Source: a virus
Taxonomy: Duplodnaviria; Caudoviricetes
DNA length: 63,248 bases
Virus record (IMG/VR): IMGVR_UViG_3300019887_000001
Span: 1-63,248 of that record
Direction: 5' to 3' (one strand)
Part shown: positions 1 through 7,782 of the stretch, piece by piece
How the letters are laid out: each line of letters opens with the position of its first letter
Position numbering within the stretch: the stretch's first letter is position 1
Translations under genes and position numbers: made by a program
The notes under the pieces: model-generated
What the model was told of the DNA's origin: nothing
Seen by the model: only the letters and a program-made list of their open reading frames with translations
The model's database searches: none

Positions 1-617
1 TGCAGAAAATCGCTGAGCGCGGGCGGTGTCGTCGAGTCGGTCGGTGCCGGGGTTGCCGCGCCTCCGCCGAGCGCGGCCCCGACGGTCGACGTGACTGTGT
101 TTGCGGCAGAACCAACCGCGCTTGCCGCCGTGCCAACCGCGCTCGCAGCACCACCGAGCCCGGCGCTACTGAGGAAATCGCTAAGGGACGGCGGGGATGG
201 TGGCACGCCCGCTCCGGGCGAAGTACCGTCAGAGGCTGCGGGGGCAGCCTGCGGCGACGGTGCCGGAGCGGGACCACCCGCGGCAGGCGGGGGAGGGGAA
301 AGACCTGCCGAGGTCAGGAAGTCGCCGAGCGACGGCGGGGTCGTGCTGTCCGGAGCGTTCGCGGATGGTGCCGGCGGGGGAGGTGCGACCGACGTCGGCG
401 GCGTGATCGGTGCTGCTGGTGGTGCCGCGACCGGTTCTGGTGGTGCTACCGGTGGCGTGACGGGTTCAGGTGGAGGGGGCGGTGTTGGTGGCGGCGGAGG
501 CGGTTCCGGGATCGGCGGCGCAGACTGAACGTCTTCTTTGATCAGGTTGGCGTGCTGCCCCAGAGCCGTCGCATGGAAATCATTTACTAGTTCGTCCGGA
601 AGAAAAATTGCAGGCAT
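1..617 (-). CDS. N-terminal part of giant internal virion protein (runs off left end, continues at 63248)
   Basis: ATG at 617 (MPAIFLPDELVNDFH...), open to position 1; Pro-rich with repeated PPxL(G/S)DFLxSAGL motif; not in ORF track because it has no stop in the window. Confidence 0.8.
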   Translation of the reverse strand, partial: MPAIFLPDELVNDFHATALGQHANLIKEDVQSAPPIPEPPPPPPTPPPPPEPVTPPVAPPEPVAAPPAAPITPPTSVAPPPPAPSANAPDSTTPPSLGDFLTSAGLSPPPPAAGGPAPAPSPQAAPAASDGTSPGAGVPPSPPSLSDFLSSAGLGGAASAVGTAASAVGSAANTVTSTVGAALGGGAATPAPTDSTTPPALSDFL

Positions 618-700
618 CAGACCGCGTACAATCTGCAGCAGTCAGAAGAGCCGGCGCGTGTCACCGCCCGGCTCGCGGCACCAGAAAGGACAATCTTCTG

Positions 701-973
701 ATGCGTTCTCATCGTAACCAACGGCACGCCACTCACGGGCGCACTCGCGGCCTGCCGAATTGTTTCATCTGCGGGTTCCCATGCCCGCCACAGTTTGCGT
801 TCAACGTCGAAGGCGACTTCGGCACCTGGGCGCACCCTGATTGTTTCTCGTTTACGCTTGGTGACCCAGACAGCTCAACGCCACCTCGCGCGCTCAGCCG
901 TGGCCAGCGACTGACCCATACCTGCGGTAACCCGATGTGCGTCAGGCCTGACCACCTTGAGATCGCAGAGTGA
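701..973 (+). CDS. Small Cys-rich protein with degenerate HNH motif
   Basis: HTCGNPMCVRPDHL at C-terminus; AAAGGA before ATG 701; GTGA overlap with the next HNH gene. Confidence 0.55.
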   Translation: MRSHRNQRHATHGRTRGLPNCFICGFPCPPQFAFNVEGDFGTWAHPDCFSFTLGDPDSSTPPRALSRGQRLTHTCGNPMCVRPDHLEIAE

Positions 974-1587
974 TGGTCAAAATAGCCTGCGTCTGCCGTC
1001 GTTGCGGAAACACCTTTTACCGGAAGCCATCGGTAGTCGCGAATGGTCGCGGCGTGTTCTGTAACTGGGCTTGCCAGCACCCGTACAACGGTGATCCAGC
1101 CGACTGGTTTCCGCCAATGCTTGCACCCCGCGCAGGGTGTCTTGTCTACACCGGGCCACTCAACGCAGACGGCTACGGACAATTGGGTCATTTTGTATTC
1201 GGAAGCCAACTCGCCCACCGATTGGCGTGGCTGCTGGCATTCGGGGCTATTCCGGATGGGCTGCTCGTGTTGCACCGTTGCGATAATCCGCCGTGTTGCT
1301 TGCCTGCGCATCTGTGGCTTGGGACAGACGCTGATAACACCGCTGACATGGACGCTAAGGGCCGGCGTGTGGTGCCGGCGAGCATCTACATGCATGGAAG
1401 CGCGGCGTATGCGGCGAAATTGACCGATGTGCAAGTTGAAAGCATTCGCCATCAAGTAACAACGACACTAGAGCCGGGGAGCACATACCCACGCCGAGGA
1501 ACCGGAATTATTGCCAGCCTCGCGCGAGAATACAGCGTGTCTGTCAGCACAATTCGTAACATAGTGCGCCACCGGTTTTACGACTAA
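970..1587 (+). CDS. HNH homing endonuclease with N-terminal Zn finger and C-terminal HTH
   Basis: AHRLAW...VLHRCDNPPCCLPAHLWLGT..DNTADM HNH motif; CRRC/FCNWAC; antisense to virion operon. Confidence 0.88.
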   Translation: MMVKIACVCRRCGNTFYRKPSVVANGRGVFCNWACQHPYNGDPADWFPPMLAPRAGCLVYTGPLNADGYGQLGHFVFGSQLAHRLAWLLAFGAIPDGLLVLHRCDNPPCCLPAHLWLGTDADNTADMDAKGRRVVPASIYMHGSAAYAAKLTDVQVESIRHQVTTTLEPGSTYPRRGTGIIASLAREYSVSVSTIRNIVRHRFYD

Positions 1588-3677
1588 CCTGCACCGGCTA
1601 CCGATGGTGCGGCAGCTTTCTGTCCGATACGAGAGCGATCGTATTGAGCTTGAAAGCCTTGGACATCTGCACCTAATGCAGCTCCTCCGCCTTGCATCAT
1701 CGAGGTTTCCGTAGGAGTAAGACCCTCCAAAGCCTGCGGAGAAAGCGCCTGTCCACCCTGCGAGTAGAGCTTGGCGAGCGCGTTCTGGGCCGATTGCGTG
1801 TCACCACCCGCCGCAGGCGTAACGTTGCCACCAGACGGAGTCACGTTGCCCTGGGCTGGAGTTTGCAGGTTGAAGAGTTTTGAAACGTCGGACGGTGTCG
1901 CCATCTGTGATCCATCGGACGGTGTCGACGCTCCGGCTTTGATCGCCGCAGCGTAGAACTGTCCTAAATGGTTCGGGTCGAAAGAGGAAACGCCGTCGCC
2001 GGTCGCGTTCGGACCTGCACCCGGTGCGTATGAAATGCCGTATTGCTGTGGAGGTGTGCCAGGTGCAATGGGCGCTGCGGTGTAGGAACCCGTCGGTGCG
2101 GCTGGTGCGGCTAGTGCGGCTGGTGCGGCAGGCGCGGGCGCGTTCGGGCCTGCACCCGGCATGTAGCTGATGCCGTATTGCTGAGGCGGGGTGCCGGGGG
2201 TGGGGGCAACGGCGGTGATCGGGCCGGTCCCGCTGCCAGTAGCTGCTGGGGGGGCGGGCTGATTCTGAGCGGCGACCGCTGCTGCAGTTGCGTCGGCTTG
2301 CCACTTCGCGGCTCCGCCGCCACCGGCCGCGTTGTACTGCGCCTGCACCGCGGGCGACTGGTTGACGAAGTCCTCCTGGTGGATGTTGATCGGCGCCTGC
2401 AGCGGCTTCCCAGCGACTGCTGCCGCCGTTGCGTCCTGTTGCCACTTGGCCGCGCCGCCCGCTCCGGGCGCGTTGTATTCGGCCTGCACCGCCGCGGGCT
2501 GAGACGTGAAGTCCTCCTGGTGGATGTTGACCGGACCCGGACCGCTCGCAACGGTAGTCGCGCGGTCAACTGGATTCGCGGAAGTTGCGGGGGCTGCTGG
2601 GGTTGGAGCGTATTGCGTGGGATTTGCTGCGAGCGAGGCAAGGTAGTTGGCCGTGTTCTGTGTGCCGGTTGGCGCACCGGGGGCGGCCGGTGCGGGTTGG
2701 CCGGGTACTGGCTGGCCGGGTACTGGCTGACCTGTCGGCGGCATCGGCTGCCCGTTCGCGCCCATGCCGCTGGCCAAACTCTGCAGCGTGTTCGGTGCCG
2801 ACGGCATCGCGCCGGCCGCGGGTCCGCCGAGCGCCGCGGTGGACTGCCCGCTCAGCAGTTGGTTCATAAACCCGGGCAGCGACGAGTTGCCCGCGACGCC
2901 TCGGCTGAAGTTCGCGGCCTGGATCCAGTTCTGCGGACCGGTCAGCGACGCCGCGGTCTTCAGCGTGTCGAGCCCGAGCTGCCCCTGGCTGACGCCGAGC
3001 TGCCCCTGCGCGACGCCGAGCGTGCCGCGTTGGTTGGCGGCCGTATCCGCTTCGGTCTGGACGTTCAGCGCGAGTTGCCCCGTCTGGATCTGCGTCGCGA
3101 GCGCTTGCTGGTCCTGCTGCACCGCGAGCTGGCCGGACTGGATACGGTTGGCGAGCTCCTGCGCCGCGGTCGCGTTGGTGAGCTGCCCGGTCTGAATGCG
3201 GTCCTGCAGCGCTTGCTGTGTCGTCTGGAGGTTCTCGGAGAAAACGGCGGACCGTTTCAACTCGTCGAACTTCGACTGCTCGAGCGCGGCCGTCTGCTGC
3301 TGGATGGCGAGCTGCGGCAGTCCCTGTTGCTTCCACATCGCCTGCTGCTGAGCGAGCGTCGCGTCGAACTCACGCGCCGTTTCGGTGAGCTGCTTGATGC
3401 TGAGCCCAGACGAGGCCTGCATCGCGGAGACGTAGCCGGCCAGATCCTGATTGCCAGGCGCTACGGGTGCTGCGCCTCCGCCGCCGCCCCCTCCTCCGCC
3501 GCTGTTTCCGCTGCTCATGCCTGCACCGGAGTTGGAGCCAAATGTGCCGCCGCCCTGCTGCTGAGAAAGGCTGGCGCCGGTCTGACTCGCAGCGTTGCTC
3601 TGCGCGTCGGCCAGCGAGTTGCCCTGGACGGTAACTGAGCCACCCGCGACCGTGTTCGGCAAGGTATACGAAGCCAT
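1584..3677 (-). CDS. Internal virion/ejection protein (Gln/Ala/Gly/Pro-rich, internal repeats)
   Basis: 697 aa; Q-rich helical segment; two tandem duplicated motifs; lies among large low-complexity late genes. Confidence 0.65.
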   Translation of the reverse strand: MASYTLPNTVAGGSVTVQGNSLADAQSNAASQTGASLSQQQGGGTFGSNSGAGMSSGNSGGGGGGGGGAAPVAPGNQDLAGYVSAMQASSGLSIKQLTETAREFDATLAQQQAMWKQQGLPQLAIQQQTAALEQSKFDELKRSAVFSENLQTTQQALQDRIQTGQLTNATAAQELANRIQSGQLAVQQDQQALATQIQTGQLALNVQTEADTAANQRGTLGVAQGQLGVSQGQLGLDTLKTAASLTGPQNWIQAANFSRGVAGNSSLPGFMNQLLSGQSTAALGGPAAGAMPSAPNTLQSLASGMGANGQPMPPTGQPVPGQPVPGQPAPAAPGAPTGTQNTANYLASLAANPTQYAPTPAAPATSANPVDRATTVASGPGPVNIHQEDFTSQPAAVQAEYNAPGAGGAAKWQQDATAAAVAGKPLQAPINIHQEDFVNQSPAVQAQYNAAGGGGAAKWQADATAAAVAAQNQPAPPAATGSGTGPITAVAPTPGTPPQQYGISYMPGAGPNAPAPAAPAALAAPAAPTGSYTAAPIAPGTPPQQYGISYAPGAGPNATGDGVSSFDPNHLGQFYAAAIKAGASTPSDGSQMATPSDVSKLFNLQTPAQGNVTPSGGNVTPAAGGDTQSAQNALAKLYSQGGQALSPQALEGLTPTETSMMQGGGAALGADVQGFQAQYDRSRIGQKAAAPSVAGAG

Positions 3678-5545
3678 TACATTGCTCCTCCCCGCGCAGC
3701 CTGGATACGCGCGACGTCAGCGGGCGTCGCAAAAGGTGAGCCATCCGGTGCCAGCATCGTCTGCTGATGAGACGCCGCGTTCTGCGCCGCGAGCGCGGCG
3801 CTCTGGTCCGGTGCTGTTGGTGCGGGCGACGGCGGCGGCGCGGCCTGTGGTCCGAGCGCCGGGTTACCGAGCGCCTGAGCCGCGAAGTCCGGGGGCGGAG
3901 GTGGCGGGGATGCCGCTGGTGCGGGTGGGCCACCCGTGTTGACCGCGCCGGGTCCCGCGCCGAGCATGAACGACGGTGTCGAGTTTCCCGCGTAGTTCGG
4001 ACTGCCGGGCGCAACCGTGCCCGCAGTGCCTGGCGCTGCGAGACCGGTCGTCGGATCGGTGATCGCTGTCGCCGCGTCCGCCCGTGGCTGCGCGTTCGGG
4101 TCGATGATCGGCTCGCCTGGCGCTGTCGTCGAGCCGGGTGCCGCGGGGGTCGTCTTGGCGGCGAGCGCTTTCGCGGCGGCGTCTTCAGGCGCCGGCGAGC
4201 CATTCGCCATGCCCTCGAGGAACTTCTGCCCGTAACGCATCATCCCCTCAAGTGCCTGGCCTGCGAGCGCGGACCCTGGCGGTAACGCCTTGTTGATCTC
4301 GGCGAGCGCCGACAGGCTGTTCTGCAGCAGTGTGTTGCCAGCGTTCATGCGCGCGGTCTTCGACGCCGCGTCGGTCGAGTACTGCGAGGTCTGCTGACCG
4401 ATGTCCTGGCCGCGTCGCGCCGTTGCGTCCTGCGCCGCCTGAGCCGTCGCGGTCTGCGCGAGCTGCGCCTGGCCGAGGGTGTCCTGCGCGGTCTGGTGGC
4501 GCTCGGTGTTGTAGGCCGCGACGTCCGACGAAGCACGTCTGGCGTCGCCGTCCGCCTCGACCCACGCCTGATGCAACTCGGTCGCCTTCTGGGCCTGCTC
4601 CGCACGCACCGACGCTGCGTCCTCCCCATTCGACACGCGTGTAGCGAGGTCAGCCTGAACCTGCGACGCGTACGCCGTCGCGGCCTGTGCCGCCGCGGAC
4701 ACCTTCGCGTTCGACTGCGACACGGCCAGGTTGCCGTCGGCAATCCGCTGCGCGTCGGTGTCGGTGTAGGCAACGGTCGTGGTCGGACCTGCCGACGGGT
4801 CGGCCGCGATCGCCGCGGGTGTTGGCGGCGTGACGACGACCATGTGATTGCCGACCTGGACCGTCTTGGTGCCGGTCGTGGTGTGGTCCCACGTCGGGTT
4901 GATCTCGGTCCGAACCGTGTCGGCTGCCGTGGTGGTCCCGTCGGGGAGCACCGTCCCAGCCGGCACGCGGTGCATGATGTACTGGTCGCTCGCGGTCGGC
5001 GTGCCGATGATGTCGGACGCGGGCGTTGCCTCAGCCTTGGCGATCGCGTCGGCGACCGTCGCCGCACGCCCGTTCAGCGAACTGAGCAGCGTTGTCTCTG
5101 CGCTACTCAACCCGTCAGGCGTGCCCTGCTTCGCCAGCAGTGGGGCGATCTGGTCGTTGATCGACTTGAGCTGTGCTCGGCCGCCGGCGTCCGATCCGAC
5201 ACCGATCCGAGGAGGCGTGGTGGGCAACGCCGCGGGTGCTGCGGGCGCGGCGGGTGTGGGCGCTCGCGCGGGGGGTAGCGGCGACTGGGGCGGTAGCGCA
5301 GTGGCGTCCCCCCCGCTGGCAAGTTGTGTCGGGGCAACCGGGGTCGCGGCACGTGGCGGAGTTGTTGGTAATGCTCCCGGTGCTGCTGGCGTCGTCGGTG
5401 CGTTCTGCGCGGTCGCGGCGGCCTGCCAGAGCCCGACGTCACCCTGCAGAGGCCCGTTGAGCGGCGTGCCCTGCGCCGTCGTGATCTGCCCCTGGTCGTC
5501 GATGACGTAGGACGCACCCTGATACGTGAACGGCGTGGATGCCAT
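3677..5545 (-). CDS. Internal virion/ejection (DNA pilot-like) protein
   Basis: Ala/Gln/Thr-rich; TAAQDATARRGQDI segment typical of pilot/ejection proteins; TGATG-coupled start at 5545. Confidence 0.62.
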   Translation of the reverse strand: MASTPFTYQGASYVIDDQGQITTAQGTPLNGPLQGDVGLWQAAATAQNAPTTPAAPGALPTTPPRAATPVAPTQLASGGDATALPPQSPLPPARAPTPAAPAAPAALPTTPPRIGVGSDAGGRAQLKSINDQIAPLLAKQGTPDGLSSAETTLLSSLNGRAATVADAIAKAEATPASDIIGTPTASDQYIMHRVPAGTVLPDGTTTAADTVRTEINPTWDHTTTGTKTVQVGNHMVVVTPPTPAAIAADPSAGPTTTVAYTDTDAQRIADGNLAVSQSNAKVSAAAQAATAYASQVQADLATRVSNGEDAASVRAEQAQKATELHQAWVEADGDARRASSDVAAYNTERHQTAQDTLGQAQLAQTATAQAAQDATARRGQDIGQQTSQYSTDAASKTARMNAGNTLLQNSLSALAEINKALPPGSALAGQALEGMMRYGQKFLEGMANGSPAPEDAAAKALAAKTTPAAPGSTTAPGEPIIDPNAQPRADAATAITDPTTGLAAPGTAGTVAPGSPNYAGNSTPSFMLGAGPGAVNTGGPPAPAASPPPPPPDFAAQALGNPALGPQAAPPPSPAPTAPDQSAALAAQNAASHQQTMLAPDGSPFATPADVARIQAARGGAM

Positions 5546-5691
5546 CAGGAAACCCGTACCCACCAGTAATGGTCGCCGATATCGCGCATCAAGAACTCCA
5601 TGTGTCCATCAACCACTCTCGGGCCATCCCAGACAACGTGCCACCGTCCGCAGTTCCACCAATGCCAGGAACGCCTGAGCCATCCCATCAT
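5545..5691 (-). CDS. Small Trp-rich hypothetical protein (48 aa)
   Basis: MMGWLRRSWHWWNCGRW...; ATGA overlap upstream and TGATG overlap downstream fill the gap exactly. Confidence 0.55.
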   Translation of the reverse strand: MMGWLRRSWHWWNCGRWHVVWDGPRVVDGHMEFLMRDIGDHYWWVRVS

Positions 5692-6362
5692 GACGGTTGC
5701 CCTTGCTGCGTCGGTTCGGGTGGCGGAAGCCCTGCGGGCCCCGTCGTCGACGGCAATGCGTCAGGCGTGTTGCCCTTCGCCGTCTCTCTGTGCGAGATGG
5801 CGAGAAGTTGCTCTGCCCTAGCCACGGCTTGCTCAGGATTCAACTGATCCAACAGAGCAATTTTGGATCTGTACGGATAAGTTGACTCGAGCGCGCCTCG
5901 CTCTGCGACCGCGTACGGGTCCGGGTCGTTGTGCTGCATGGCGAGCTGCAGCAACTGGTCGTGCTGACGCCAGAACTCCTGCGGCGCGGCCTGTCCGAAC
6001 GGGCTGAAGTGCCACATCTCCTGAATCACCGACGGGTCGGCCGGATTGGTCCCCGTCGGATGCTCACCAATGTTGGCTGCAAGACGCGCCGCCTGGTCGT
6101 TGGCCTGCTGCACGATCAACGCGGCCTGTCGCTCGAACGGGTTCGAGCTCTTCGTCATGTCCGGCGCGTCGACCAGCTTCGCGTCTGGCGGCACGGTCGG
6201 GGATGGCGGCTGGGTCGCCGCGTCTGGAGGTGCCGGCGGCAGGATCGGCGGGGCCGGGCCCGTCTGTGGCGGCGCGCCCGGCGCAACGTCCGGCAACGGC
6301 CCGGCAGACGTCGGGTCTGGCGGAGGCGGGGGACCTGCGGGTGGCGGACCTGGCGGCATCAT
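5688..6362 (-). CDS. Pro-rich hypothetical protein (probably virion-associated)
   Basis: ATGA-coupled start at 6362; helical core flanked by Pro-rich arms. Confidence 0.6.
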   Translation of the reverse strand: MMPPGPPPAGPPPPPDPTSAGPLPDVAPGAPPQTGPAPPILPPAPPDAATQPPSPTVPPDAKLVDAPDMTKSSNPFERQAALIVQQANDQAARLAANIGEHPTGTNPADPSVIQEMWHFSPFGQAAPQEFWRQHDQLLQLAMQHNDPDPYAVAERGALESTYPYRSKIALLDQLNPEQAVARAEQLLAISHRETAKGNTPDALPSTTGPAGLPPPEPTQQGQPS

Positions 6363-6568
6363 GGCAGCGGGGTGAAGTACTTGACGCCCTTGAGATGAGC
6401 ATCCCTCAATGCGATGTCGAGGTCGGTGTGAAACGCGCAGAAGCGTTTGCCGCCCGTAATCCAGTCCACTTCCCATATGGGGGTCGGGTCTTCACCCCAA
6501 TTCATGATCAGGCTCGACCCATGCTTGCGCATCTCTTCGATGCGTTCCGCGAGTTGCAACGCGCTCAT
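6359..6568 (-). CDS. Hypothetical protein
   Basis: 69 aa, coupled on both sides, globular composition. Confidence 0.65.
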   Translation of the reverse strand: MSALQLAERIEEMRKHGSSLIMNWGEDPTPIWEVDWITGGKRFCAFHTDLDIALRDAHLKGVKYFTPLP

Positions 6569-6924
6569 CAGCCCGGCCGACGTTGGAACGCGCCCTGTGC
6601 GGCTCGAGCTAGGCCGAGTGGCACCTTGCGTTTGCCCGCCTTCGACGGGTTCGGTCGTGGTGCCGGGATCGGCATCGGCGGAATCGCGGCACCCTCGGCC
6701 ATTGCCTCGGGTGGCTCGTTGTCCATCATCTCCGAGCCACCCGCCGGCGACGGCGCAGCCCCTTCGTCGGCGTCCGCGGTCAGCCCGATGTTCTCTTGCT
6801 TGGAACGGTCGAGCAGACCCTTGTCCATGGCTTCCTTGTGCTTCTGGGGGCCCGTTTTTGCCCCATATTTCTTAATGAAGCCGGCGCGAGTCCGCTGCCC
6901 GAGCGGTGTGAGTGCTGATGCCAT
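6568..6924 (-). CDS. Small basic phage protein (paralog of 6924-7100)
   Basis: LTPLGQRTRAGFIKKYG..TG...HKEAMDKG; TGATG-coupled start. Confidence 0.65.
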   Translation of the reverse strand: MASALTPLGQRTRAGFIKKYGAKTGPQKHKEAMDKGLLDRSKQENIGLTADADEGAAPSPAGGSEMMDNEPPEAMAEGAAIPPMPIPAPRPNPSKAGKRKVPLGLARAAQGAFQRRPG

Positions 6925-7100
6925 CAGGTCTGCTTCTCCTTCGCCTGGCGTTTGCGGATCGACCCACCGGGCTTCTCCATCTTTTTCGCGTCGATCGTGC
7001 CTTTGTTCATGGCACCGTAGAACACCGCGTCTGCACGCTTTTGCCCGTATCTTTCCTGAAACCCTTGAAGTACTCTTGCTCCTAGTTTCGTAAGGGGCAT
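6924..7100 (-). CDS. Small basic phage protein (MPLTK..G...YG...VFY...NKG type)
   Basis: Motif I recognise from small genes in phage head operons; ATG at 7100. Confidence 0.7.
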   Translation of the reverse strand: MPLTKLGARVLQGFQERYGQKRADAVFYGAMNKGTIDAKKMEKPGGSIRKRQAKEKQT

Positions 7101-7102
7101 CA

Positions 7103-7777
7103 GTGGACACATCCCATAACTGCGTTCTGTGCGGCGTTACGATCAATGATCGTCGCCACCCCAACAAGCCGACGTGTAGCCGCGCATGCGCAGGGCTGCT
7201 TAAACGAACGGTTCCTCCCCGTGAGTGCGAAGGATGCGGACGCCAGTTTCGCGCACTTGCAATAGGCGTCCGCTTCTGCTCCCGTGCTTGCGCCAGTCCG
7301 CGCTATGGATGGCGCCGGCAATTCCGTGAAGACCGCCGGTGTCCGATCTGCGGGATAATGTTCAACACTCAGCGGCTGTCGAGTAAACGCTATTGCTCGC
7401 GGCAGTGCGTAGGAAAGCGACTGCGGTTGGCTGAGCGACCGTGCGTCACATGCGGCGTAGCATTCCAACCTAAAACTGGACGGGTGCGCGCATGTTCGCG
7501 CTCTTGCGGTCGGCGTCATGCGCTTGGATTGATGGGATGGGCGCACCTCTCGGGTGTGCAGGCGAAGAAATATCTTCGTAGGACGGTGAGCGCTTGCCAA
7601 GTATGCGGCTGGAATACTGAACCCGCAGTGCTGGAGTTGCACCACCGTGATCGGAACCGCAGTAACAACAATGCCGTCAACCTTGCGCTCGTCTGCCCCA
7701 ACTGCCACGCGCTCGACCACTTCCATGCGAAGGATGGCCAATTCGCTAACAATCTCGGCAAACTGCGCGCCGGCTAA
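7103..7777 (+). CDS. HNH endonuclease with four CxxC...CSxxC Zn-finger repeats
   Basis: CQVCG...LELHHRDRNRSNN...NLALVCPNCHALDH; antisense insertion flanked by CATCA repeats. Confidence 0.88.
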   Translation: MDTSHNCVLCGVTINDRRHPNKPTCSRACAGLLKRTVPPRECEGCGRQFRALAIGVRFCSRACASPRYGWRRQFREDRRCPICGIMFNTQRLSSKRYCSRQCVGKRLRLAERPCVTCGVAFQPKTGRVRACSRSCGRRHALGLMGWAHLSGVQAKKYLRRTVSACQVCGWNTEPAVLELHHRDRNRSNNNAVNLALVCPNCHALDHFHAKDGQFANNLGKLRAG

Positions 7778-7782
7778 AAACA

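Noticed and set aside
617-1584. Continuous antisense relay across the first HNH pair
   Set aside because: ORF 835-617 ends in a TGATG overlap, but the codon-aligned antisense frame is broken by a stop near 1470 and the ORFs are not neatly coupled
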